A stretch of 20,000 nt of DNA, taken from the IMG/VR virus record IMGVR_UViG_3300024348_000021; one strand, given 5' to 3'. Within the stretch, counting starts at the first letter, position 1. Every line of letters begins with the position of its first letter. Made by a program: the position numbers and the translations under genes. Below the pieces are notes generated by a model, which saw only the letters and a list, made by a program, of their open reading frames with translations, was not told the origin of the DNA and did no database searches. Origin of the DNA: an uncultured virus (IMG/VR IMGVR_UViG_3300024348_000021) (taxonomy: Duplodnaviria; Heunggongvirae; Uroviricota; Caudoviricetes). This document shows, piece after piece, positions 1 through 12,000 of this stretch.

Positions 1-3000
1 TTTGTTCCACAAGGGGTAGGGTTATCAGATCCTTCTGTATCATCTGTATTAACATCTTCAAATTCTATATCTATTACACTAGGAATGCCACCTAATTTAT
101 CCAATGCTGCAATTGTAGCTCTTGTTTCAATATCAACTTTATCATCTGTTAATAAGTCTTTACCATTCTTCCAATAGACATCTATGTCATTGTTCTCAAC
201 ATGATTTTTTTCATGTAACACTAGAAAGTTAGTAATCTTATCAACACTGTTTAATATAGTCTTAAGAACATCAATTGTATATCCTTTATCAGCTAACTTA
301 TTTAAAACCTTAGCTTTTTGTTCAGATGTAGGTCCACCTTCTTTACCTTCAAAGTAGTTAAAGAATTCATCCACACTTTTAGGAGGATTAATTGTAATAG
401 TACCAAGTTTACTTGCCTGTGCAAATCTCTTAGTGCCATCAGCATTCTTTAGTTTCTCATCTGTCACGTAGTCTGGAATTTGAATGTATGGTTCTGTTGA
501 TTGCGAAGATACAAAATTTTGTTCACCTAATTCATTAAAATATATACGAATTTCATCGTCAGAAATCTCATTCTCAATCTTCTCTGTGCCATTATTTAAT
601 ACAGACTTTCTGCTATCAGTATAGTATTCAGATACTAATCTACCATCTCCACGTAAGTTAATAAGTTTATAAACATGTTTATTAATTACCTCACCTTTGT
701 AGGTTGTAGTTTGATATGTTACAGGAGTACCATCATCATAGTATACCTTCTTATAACCATATACATTCTTTAATGACATATCTCCTTGGTTCTTTCTCTC
801 TACATAGCTGTAGTTTGTAATAGATAATCCTGTCTTCATATCTACTCTTTCACCACCTTTTATTTGTACCACTCTAGGTACTAACAAGTAGTCATTGCTA
901 AGATAGAAACTATCATACTCTTCACTTAACGCTAATATTCTTCTGTCTGTAGAAAGACCAAACTTATCAATGTTAGGGAAATAATCAGAGGATTGATATT
1001 GATAAATGTCACCAATAATATCACCAAAGTCATTTACCTGTACATCTACTGGAGCTTCATCAGCTAACCAAAACTTAGGTTCAAACTTTTTAAATACCTT
1101 ATTGTCTTTCCAGTTGTTTCTTTGGAAACCTCCATCTGCAAAAGCATCTAATGATTCATCATACATCAAAGGTGCCATGATAGGAGCAACGTATTTACTA
1201 GAATCCTCAATAGGAATAATGCTAGCAATACTTACACCATTCTCATATGTACCTTGTAAGAGAGCCATCTTAACTAAGTCTTTATATAAAGCATTAGTAC
1301 TAGGAGTATCTCTTAATTGTCTCATATATCCTATGTATAAGTTCTTATCATATGCACTTCCTTTAATATTCACAGTTAACTTAACACTCATTACACCATC
1401 TGGTCTTGGAGAACTAATCACCTTAAAATCATTCAAGATAGGATTAGAACTTATCTTCTTAGCTTCTTCTAATTGAGCAGATACAGAGGTCTTTGGATTT
1501 ACAAATAATTTATTTATCTCTGAGTTAAATCCTGTCTTTGTTTGTATAATATAATCTAAGAAGCTGGCTTTCAACTTGTTAGCTATTCTTTCAAAGTCAT
1601 CTGCACCAACATATTTATTTCTAGCATATGGTTTTAATAATGGGTCAATTACATTAATTCTAAATTGATCTTGCTCAAGCTTTAATATTACTCCCATTCC
1701 TTCCATAGATAAGTCAAGATAATGTCTTTGCTTAGCAATAAATATCTTAGGATTCTCAGGATCTAATAGTTCAGCAATGCCACTAAATGGACTTCTTGCT
1801 ATGGTTATATCAGTTCTAACCTGCTTCTTAAACAAGGTATCACCACTTCTATATCTAGTGGTATCATAGTTAATAGCCTGTGTAAGGTCAAAGTTATATT
1901 CAGCTAACTTAGCATATTTCAAGAACTCATTAAGAATTGCATGTTGTTCAGCATTTCTTTCAATGCCTAATTCGTTACCTGCATAGTAATCAGCAATGTT
2001 TGCCTCTAAGTTACTTATATCTATTCTTGCTGTCTCAATAGCCTTATTTGTTGTAACAAAGTTACTTTTAATACTATCAATATCAAATTTACTAAATAGA
2101 CCCTTTTTATTTTGGCTATCAAGTTGTTTTAAGTATTCTCTAATAATAGGCTGGCTCATAAAAATACCAGTGTATTCACCTGCACCTATTCTCTCTAAGA
2201 ACATAAAAGTACCTACAGATAAGTCACTAGTAACAAGTTCAACAATATATGGTTTATTAGCTACGTCCACAAATGATGTACCATATCCAGATAGTCTAGA
2301 TGATATGTATTGTTTTTTACCATCAGCTGTCTTAGTTCCTGATAATGAAGCATATTCTTTATCACCAATCTTCACTTTGTTATGAGGCAAGATAATACTA
2401 CCATCTCCAATAAATTTTCTATCTTGCTGTGGTAACATGAAGAATCTTTCTGGGTTCAAATATATCTGACCCTTTTGGAATAGAGAGTGACTTGTAATAT
2501 TTGTAGCAGCAATACCTATCCATCTTTTAGCTGTTACAAAGTAGTGTCTTAACTTAGTCATAAAGTTTCTGTTAAGAATCTTGTTCTTAACTTGATCACC
2601 TTTAGGATTAACTAGTTTGCCTATTCTAACAGAAAGCTTTTCTAATCCAGCATCATTTACAGGAGAAATAAGTCTTTCAAAGTTCTCAGGTAGAGTTAAT
2701 AACTCTTCCATGCTATCATAGTACTCATTCTCAAGAGAACGCTTATACATATCTTTTACATAATCTTCTCTAAGAGAATTACTAAGTATATCCTTTGTCA
2801 GCTTTTCTTTATTAATAGATAAGTCTTCAATTTGCTTATTCATGTAATCTACAGCTGTAATATCTTTTTGTGCAGCTTGATCAGTGATTGCTTTGAATAT
2901 AGATAAACGATCGTAGAAGAAGTCAAGCTCAGAAGGAGTAAGTGCACTCTCCAAAGATTCTGGACTGGCAGCACCTTCTATTCTTTCTAGCTTTGATAAT

Positions 3001-6000
3001 ACATCTACTAATTTACTTCTGAATTCTTCAAACTCTTCAATTTTATCTATGTCTCTTTGGATGGTATCTTTATATACACCTCTGAAGAAGTCTTTTGTAG
3101 CTTCCTCAGAACCTAACCACTTTACTAAACGTATGTTACCATTCACATCTATGTATATAGATTTCAAATATGTATTTAACTTATCTATATCAAAGTCAGA
3201 TCCAGCAAGAGTAGTGATTTCAGAAGGTACAACAACAGATTCTCCCATGAATTGAGGTAAGAACTTTTTCACTCTGAATGTTACCAGAGAGCTTAATTCT
3301 TGTGCAGGAACACGAAATCCTATACCTCTTAAGATAGATTTACCTTCCTCTGTAATATTTAAGTAGTTAATGATTTCTTCATCAGTCGTATACTTAGTAG
3401 TCTTTCTAAGCGTATCACCAAACCAATGAGGTAACATGATTTCCATGTATGGATCATCTTTGGTATAAAACTTAAGTGTATCATCTGTTAATACTACCTT
3501 CTTCTTCTCCTCATCAGATAGTTTGTCATAGTCTTCTCTAGATATTTCTTTATATCCATCCTCAGTTTTGATAGCTAATCTTCTTCCTTTCTCTAAGTTT
3601 TCCCATCCTGTAACACTCACCTGTACCTTAGGACCACCATTCACTTTAGGAGAAACCATAGTCTTTTGTACAACAGAGTATAGGATATCTTTAATTTGCT
3701 TGTAAGAAGGAGACGCTTCAAAAGGAATAGGGAACTCACCTTTACTATCTAATTGAACTGTATCCTTAGCATTCTCATCTAACTCTCTTCTAAGCATCTC
3801 ATATACTAATGTATTAGATACAGCTTGTTTGTTTGCTAATATAAACTCAGTGCCTAAATCCTCAATACCTAATCTTTCTAACAAAACATTATATGCATTC
3901 TCATGCATTAAGTCCAATATATTATTGTTTCTATCTGTTGCTTCTTTAGCTCTTTGACTAACAGGTACACCATTATCAAACAAGTCTACAGTAACTAACT
4001 TAGTAGGTTGACTACCACGTGTTTGTGCTTTGACAACATCATAGTTAGTTTCTACTTGGATGCCATAAGCTTTCCAAGGAACTTGAACTAAGTTGTTAAA
4101 TGGTTCTGGGTTTAACTTACCATCTTTGTATAAGTCAAATGCTTCTGTTGTACCCATCTTTCTACCACTCTCTAAAATAGCATAACCAATCTTCTCTTCC
4201 CACATCTTTATATAAAGTCCTTCTAATGTAGTTCCTTCAATAGCTTGATAATACAAAGGCAGTTGTGAGAACTTATCTAGTACTAATTCAAAGTATGTCT
4301 TACCTAACTTGTTACCAGTTACAATAGGCTTCAATACTTCTACACCATATTTAGGTACAGGAGTTTCAATTAATGCTGCGTCTTGTTTTTTAAGTGTATC
4401 ATTGGTATATGTATATTTACCTTTGGCAGCCATTCTGTTTCTAGTGTAAGCCATTTGCCATTGGTGGAATATTTCTGCTTCATCTGTCCACTGAGCGTTC
4501 TTTAACTTCACCTCTCTGTTTGTAGTATCCATGATCCAAGACTGAGCATCTGCTTCTTTTGTTCTGCCCATTAACCCACCTTCCACATATATCTCTTTGA
4601 TAGTCACTGTGTTAGTATGAGATTTATGTTTATGATAACCAAGATCATCAGGTGTTAATTCAATCTCACCAGCTTTATTGAATTCATTATTAAGAAACTC
4701 ATTGTATTCTGGCATATCAAATGTTGTTCTTCTTGGAGATAAGAAAGACTTAATACGTTTAGTTTCTTCTGACTCACCTTCTTTTAAAGCAAACTGATAT
4801 GGATCACCAAATAAGATCTTATGGAATTCAATGTTGCTTATGACATAGTTGATATTTACATACTCAATAAGGTTTCTTAACTTTTCGTCTGTAAGATTAT
4901 ATCTATTGATTCCAGATATCTTAGCAAATACACTATTAAGCATTGGGTATGCTAAAGCTTTACCATTTGCACTAGGAACTACTTGTCCATATTCTTTAAG
5001 CGTAGCAATTGTATCGTTTATATATTCGTCAAAATATGACTTTATAGAACCATTAATCTCCTCTTCATTCTCAGCTATAAAGGCAATCACTTCCTCATCA
5101 GAAGCAGACTTCATTACTAATTCAGTATTGATCTTAGCTAACATATCTTCAGATAGAATGTCTTTGAAGAAACGCAAGTCATAAGCTCTATTGCCTATAT
5201 TCTTAAGTTTCTTTCTTACATCAGCATCTTTAGCTAAAGCAATATCATCTTTTAAGTATCCTTGGAATATCTTATATGTAGTATCCCATCCTATTTTAGT
5301 ACCAAATTGTTTAAATGGAACATTTATACCAAGGTCCATTTGCCATTCTGTACTACTTTCAGCAGGAAGTAATATATAGAATCTACCATTAACATTTTCA
5401 TTAATCTCTTGTGTATATCTATTACCAAGTGTTAGTTTACTTGTAGAAGTACCATCATCTGTATCAACATCTTTAGTACCTTGAATATATCCTACTTTAA
5501 GATCTCGTTTAATATTACCATCTTCATCAATATATAATCCATCTTTCTTTAAGATGAGACTGTTTGTAGAGAATGGATCATTTAATTCTGGTCTAGCTTG
5601 CTTAAGGTTTTCTAATGTACCAGCTTCTCTCCATTCATTCTCAAATACAGAAGAATTATTATTTTCTGCATAGCCATTAGTTCTTTCTCCTTCCACATTA
5701 ATATGCGTAGGATCAAAGTTAGGATTAGTAACTCTAACTAACATTTCACCCATAGCATTTAATGGTCCCTTGATATCTAATAACTTACTGGTAACACTAC
5801 TTAGTATATCACTCTTACTACGAAGAGATGTTAAAAGACCTCCTATTGCTCTACCAAATACATTCTTTTCTCTAGTGGTAAGTTTATTGTATACATCAAT
5901 TGGAAAGATTACACCTATCTTACTTAAGAAGTCTACCATTTGCTCAGGGTTCTTAATCTCTATATTAGATAGGTCACCCACCTTGTAAACCTTATTTGGT

Positions 6001-9000
6001 TTATCAAGAACAATAAGAGACTTACTATCTTTAGATAAAGCTTTGATACCTTCAATCCAACCCTCTACTACATCATCTATAGCATCAGATAATTCTGCAG
6101 ATCCTGTATACACCTCATCATCAGAAACATATTGTATACGTGCATTAGGATGTTGCTTAGTAAATGTTTGGTAGAAGTTAATAAATAATCTCCAGTCATG
6201 AGCTTGGAACTTAGAATAGTCTATAGCTGTTTCCTTATTTTCAGAACCTAATTTATCTATAGTTCCACCAAGTTTAGACCATAATCTTACATAGTTACTA
6301 TCTTGCTTAGCTAGAGTAAGTAGTTTATCTACCACCTTACCTATAGAAGATGTATTAGAAATCTTATTCAATATAGTGGCAAACGCTCTACTAAAGTTCA
6401 ATAACATGAAGCCTTTTGCACTACCTGAAATTACTTCATCAGGCATTTGTAAACGTAATGCATTCTCTTGATTAGTAGGTACAGTTAAAACTAATGACCC
6501 TACAGTAATCTTGATTGGGAAACTAGATTGTTTCTTCCAGTCTACAGAGAATGGTTCTGGTGCATAGTCACGATTAGTATTATCATCATTATTAAAAACA
6601 ATAACATTATTCTCATCAAATTGAATCTTGAATGTGCGTAAGAACTCTCTTGATTTCTTAACCAGCTGACTCCAACCTTCTTCACCTAACACATCTAGCT
6701 TTCCTTCCTCAGCAAATTCTTCTTTGATTGTATCAAATATCTCAGGAGAAGTTAATAACTTAGGATTATATAAGTCCATGTTTTTGCTAAACACTTCAAA
6801 GAAGAATCTAGCAGCCACGTCCTGAACTGACTCGTGTGTAGTGGGTTCATCAAGACCAGGGATAACGCTCCACTGTGTAAGTTGATTATATACAGCAGGA
6901 TTTAACTTAGTATCTTTAAATCTACCAGCCTCAATAGTTTTGAATAACTCATCTTTCTTAGATGGTTTATTTACAAACTCTCTAACAAATTGTATGATAC
7001 TTCTGAAGAATTTTAATATTCTTTCACCAATACTTTTAGCAGGTAACTTACCTAATCTAAAGTCAGCAAAGTCATCAGCTATTCTTTCCTCAGCTTGTTG
7101 ATCTGTAGCTTCCTCATAATAGATCATACTACCTGTAGCTCTATCTTTGAACTTACCAGATTTAGATTTAAACTCATCAAAAATAAGTTGTCTTTCTTCT
7201 GCACTTAAGAAGCCACCAAAGATGCCATGGAATATCTCATGATACTCTGTACCTCTAGCTGCAGACTTATAAAACTTAGCTACACCATTCTCAAATGCTC
7301 CCCATGCTTGTCTACCATCATTAGTAGTCATCACACGTTGTAACACTTCAAATGGAATACCAGCAGCGTTCTTAGCATGCCACTCTTTAAATAACTGAAG
7401 CTCAGCGTCAGTCATTCTAGGAACATCTAATCCTGCAATCTCTCTATAACGTTTCTTTGGTGCTTTTGTTTTCCCAAGAGCATTAACCTTCTCAGCTATT
7501 TGTTTATTGATTTCATCCTCAAGAGCTTTCTCTTCAGCATCATCAACAGTATCTTCTAATTGTTCTAACTTCTCAACGTTCTCTTGAACAGTTGGAGCAG
7601 GAGCTATATCATCTACTAAGCCAACTATTGTTGTTCTAGATGTAGCACCTGTATGATATATAGTAAATTTAGCACCTATCTCTTGTAAGTAATCTATAAA
7701 CTGAATATCTACTCCTGGCATATCTCCTACAACAAATTCTGCACCATTATTTTTAGCTTTTAATATTGCATCCTTTGTAGATTTTTGTAAACCTTTTCCA
7801 CTAAACTTTGAATTTCTAGCTAACATAATTATACCATCATCATTTCCTGATTGAAGAGAAGGATTATTATCTAATCCTTCATAATTAGTACCAGTTTTAT
7901 CAGCTATTTCTTTATAACTTGTATCTGTTGAAGATAAAGGTTTTAAGTTTTCTATTCTTTGAGTAGAAGTTACAAATGATTTATTATTAGTTGATACAGA
8001 TTCTCCAATAAATCCATCAGCAACTTTCCTCATTGCCTTATCTTTACCATCACCTTGAACAGTACCTTTACCTGTATTTTCAAAACCTCCTTTATATCCT
8101 TGGAAACCTTTCTCATTAGAAACTACAGGAGCTGGTTGAGCTGCAGGAGCTGTCTCAGCATTCTTCATCTTATTCAATTGATTAGCAATTGCTATAGATG
8201 CAAAATCATACATTAGCTCTTGCTCACTTCTTGTAGCATCAAATAAAGATTTACCACTAGCATCCTTATTGTTTTTTAAGAAGTCAAAATAAGGAGCTGT
8301 CTTAGCTGGGTCTGCTACAATAGATTCTAAGTTTTCTATTGTATCAACTGTAACTGCTGGAACACCATTAGAGTTTAATCTAGCTGTGAACGTTACATTA
8401 CCAAGAGCTTTAAGTTCTCTTGTATGTGTTGTTGTACCATCCATCTTATATCCACCAATCTCTGTGGCACCACCTTTAGCTACAGGAGCTACAGGTTTAG
8501 TAATCTTCTGTACAGCAAGTTCTAATCCACCTAACGTTACATACTTCTGTCTGTAGTTATATGGAACTCGATCAGATGGTTTTGTTACAGATGTAGATAG
8601 TGGTGTATCTTTAATTGATCTTCCTTTACCATTAGGAAGTTTACTAGATAACAAATAGCTTTGATAATTAGGCCATTGTCTATCTTTTAAATATTTATCC
8701 TCAAAGTAAAGTTCTGTAAATTCTTCATCATTCTTTTTAACAGAGTCATTGTTAACTGTGTTAAATGTATTCTGAAGCTGACTAACTATTTCTTTCTCAG
8801 AGATAGCTAAGTTAGCAAAGTTATATTTCTTACCACCAAGATATAGATCCATTGTTCTATCATCTATATACATTTGGTTGTTCTTAGTATCAGCCCCCTT
8901 CTTCCAGAACAATACATTCTGTAAGAAGTTAGCATACAATGGATTAAACTCAACATCCTTACCATCTTTAGCTTTCTTTTGAACATCTTCTGACATCAAT

Positions 9001-12000
9001 CTTAATGCTTCAAAGATACTCTTAGCTTCATCTGGTGTAAACTTTCTATTGTTTAACCACTGCAATGTGTCACCATATTGCAACATTGGTCTTCCTTTAG
9101 GGATATTATAGTTTTCTCCATTGTGAGAAATGATTCCTGTTGTAGAAACTACAATTACATTAGCTTGATTCTTAATCTTCTTTTCAGGGATTAAGTTATC
9201 ACCAACATGATTAGTTTCAGGCTTACCATCTACAGGAGTTTCAACAGCCATACCTCTAGAGATAGAGAAGCTGTATAACTGTGGATTGTTAGGATCTGAA
9301 GCAAACACATCTGCCCTTGCTTTCTTCCAAGCCTCCATATATGCTTCTGCTTCTGCCTCCTCACCTTTTTTAAATCTAGGCACAGGATTGCCTTGAGCAT
9401 CTTTGTAATTATAATACAATGATGCTGTAGGCATATTAGCAAATACTAAACTATTAACATCTGCTTGTGTACCATCTACTTTAGATAAACGCTTACCATC
9501 TTTATCAACATAATAAAGAGTGCTACCCTCTTGTTCCACATAAACAGCAGTTACCAATCCATTATCTACATCAATAAGCTTTGCTTGCTCCTCAGGTGTA
9601 AACGTTTCTTGGCCATAAGCTACATTATCAAGAGTGGTTAATCCTAATCCTTTATATTGTTTAGGAGTGACAAGCATCACTTTGATGTTGTCTCTATTAG
9701 AGAAGTTCTTAATATTATTTAAGAACTGTCTTGTACGTATTTGATATGTCTTAGAAGGAGCAACACCATCATCCATTGAGTCTACAGTGGAGATAAAGAA
9801 TATATCAACTCTCTTCTTCTTAGGTTCTTTTACTTGCTGCTCTTTGCTTGGGTCATCAGTAGATACTGCTCCAGACTTTATTTCTATTCTAGTTTGAGCA
9901 GCTCCTAACTGATTAGCTATCTTCTGTAGTTTCTCTTGATCTGTTTGAACTCTACTGAAACCAGATAACTTTCTAGGATTAATATCATAGATGTCACCAT
10001 TAACATCTTCTATCTTAATTGAACCATCTGGATTAAGAGCCAAAACCTTAATCTTCTGTAAGTTATTAAACTCATCAGTTAGTTCATCAGATCTTTCTTG
10101 TGCTTTTTCTTTGCTAGGAAGTATCTCATATGTTCCATCAGGAGATACAACTTGCCATCTATCATCATCAAGTTTATTAATCTTTGTCTTATACACCTTA
10201 CCCATCTCATACTCTCTATCCACCTCAAGATTCTCAGCTTGTTTATTAGCATTGTTGAATCTAAACTTTACAGGTTCTTTAGGTGTCTCTGGTGTAGGAG
10301 CAGTTTCTTCTTTCTTCTCTTCCTCATTTACAACAGCATCTTTATCAGAAGCCATTTCTTCTGCCTCTTTGAAGTATTTCTCAAAGCCTTCTTTAGTAGA
10401 CATCTCATCATAAGCCTTAGATGCATCCTTCTTTCTTTTTTCTAAAGCGTTGATATCTACACTATAATCCATTAATTCTTGAGCATGTAAAGAAGCTACA
10501 GATTTACCTAATGTAGCATCTTGACCATTCAACTCAAAGTTTAATAAGCTATCAAATGTTTTATCATCTACCTTACCAGTATTAAGTGCTTGGGCAATTA
10601 GTTCAGATCTTGTACGTAATGCTTTGATCTGATCATTTATTTTCTTCTTATCTACAGGTGTAGTGTAATCTGTAATAGTCTTCTTTAAAGATGTAGCTTT
10701 CTCTTCATAGAACTTAGCTAATTCTGCAAGACCTTGATTATTAGTAAGTTGTGATAATACGTCTGTAGTGATATTAGGATTAATCTTATTAACAGACTCT
10801 TGAATAGATTGAATTCTACTATCTGCAAGCGTTGGCATTGCAGCAAAATAGGTTAAGTCTTTCTTATACTTTTCAAATGTAATATAGTTGTTAGCCTCAA
10901 CAATACTATCTATATTATCAGCATTATAGTTTATCTTAAATGGATTCTTAAATGTAGTATTAACAGTTTCATATGTATCTTTAATATCATTTGATTTGGC
11001 AATCATACCATCTACATATTCACTTACAGTGGCTCTGTTTGTAGAATTGAAATCCAATTGGAACATACTTTCAAACTGTTCTTTGGATAGGTTTTTCAAC
11101 ATATTCAATTGCTCAACTGTTACATCATGCATTCCTGATGGAAGACGAGATGTTACAAAGTTGAAGAACTCATCAGCCTGTAAGTTTTTATATTTAAACA
11201 CATCACCTGAAGCAGCAGCTTCTTCCATATCTTTTGCAATACCTGCAGAAGTTACAGTGTTATCATAGTTATTCTGTAATGTACTAGTAATACCCACTTG
11301 ATTAAGTACATTAGTTGCTGTAGCTAATCTAGCATCTTTACTTAATCCTCTCTTAGCATCAATACCACTTTGTACACCACCAACAACAAGACCTGTTAAT
11401 CCACCAATCAACATGTTCTCAAGACCTTCTGTACTAGTAAATTGTTCATTCAATCCATAGACAGTGGAATTGATTAATTCATTAACACCATTCCATTGTT
11501 CCTTATACTTATCACTCTTGTACTTTCTTGTGTAATAATCATATGTTCCTCTCTCAGCTGCAAACTGTCCACCTTCTTCAAACACACCCTCTCTAAATAC
11601 ATTAGCACCTGTTGGTCTAACACTTTCCCATACCTTTCCTAAAACAGATGTAGCTGCCTTTTTTTCAAACACATCTAAGCTACCTTCTTTTAATCCTACT
11701 TTACCAAGTCCTTCTAACTCTTGTGTAAGTGATCCAGATATAGCTCTGCTGCCTGGAACACCAACCATTGTTTTAAATAAGTTATTGAACTGTAATGAGT
11801 TGGATACAGTGAGTAATGCCATGTTAATACCAAACCTGGTATTCATAGCATTTGTAGAAAGGTTTTCTATTTGTTGTAAATCATCTCCTGTAGGCTCTTC
11901 TCCTGCATGAGTGAGTTTGTATTGGTTAGTTAATTCATCCTTAACCATACTATATCCATTCCTAGACTCAACACCAGCTTCTGTCATAGCAGAACCTAAT

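Noticed and set aside
2700..3120. Possible intein or intron next to the RNAP catalytic loop
   Set aside because: The segment reads as a helical, charged insertion in frame, with no intein C/S...HN termini and no LAGLIDADG or HNH motifs seen.
9230..9442. 70-aa minus-strand ORF
   Set aside because: It is out of frame inside the giant ORF, short, and has no independent support.
1006..11268. Plus-strand ORFs in the track (1006-1476, 1996-2385, 3049-3255, 4849-5184, 5191-5379, 5770-5988, 9991-10413, 10098-10445, 10996-11268)
   Set aside because: They are Ser/Leu/Ile/Phe-rich antisense shadows of the giant minus-strand gene, with no recognisable motifs.
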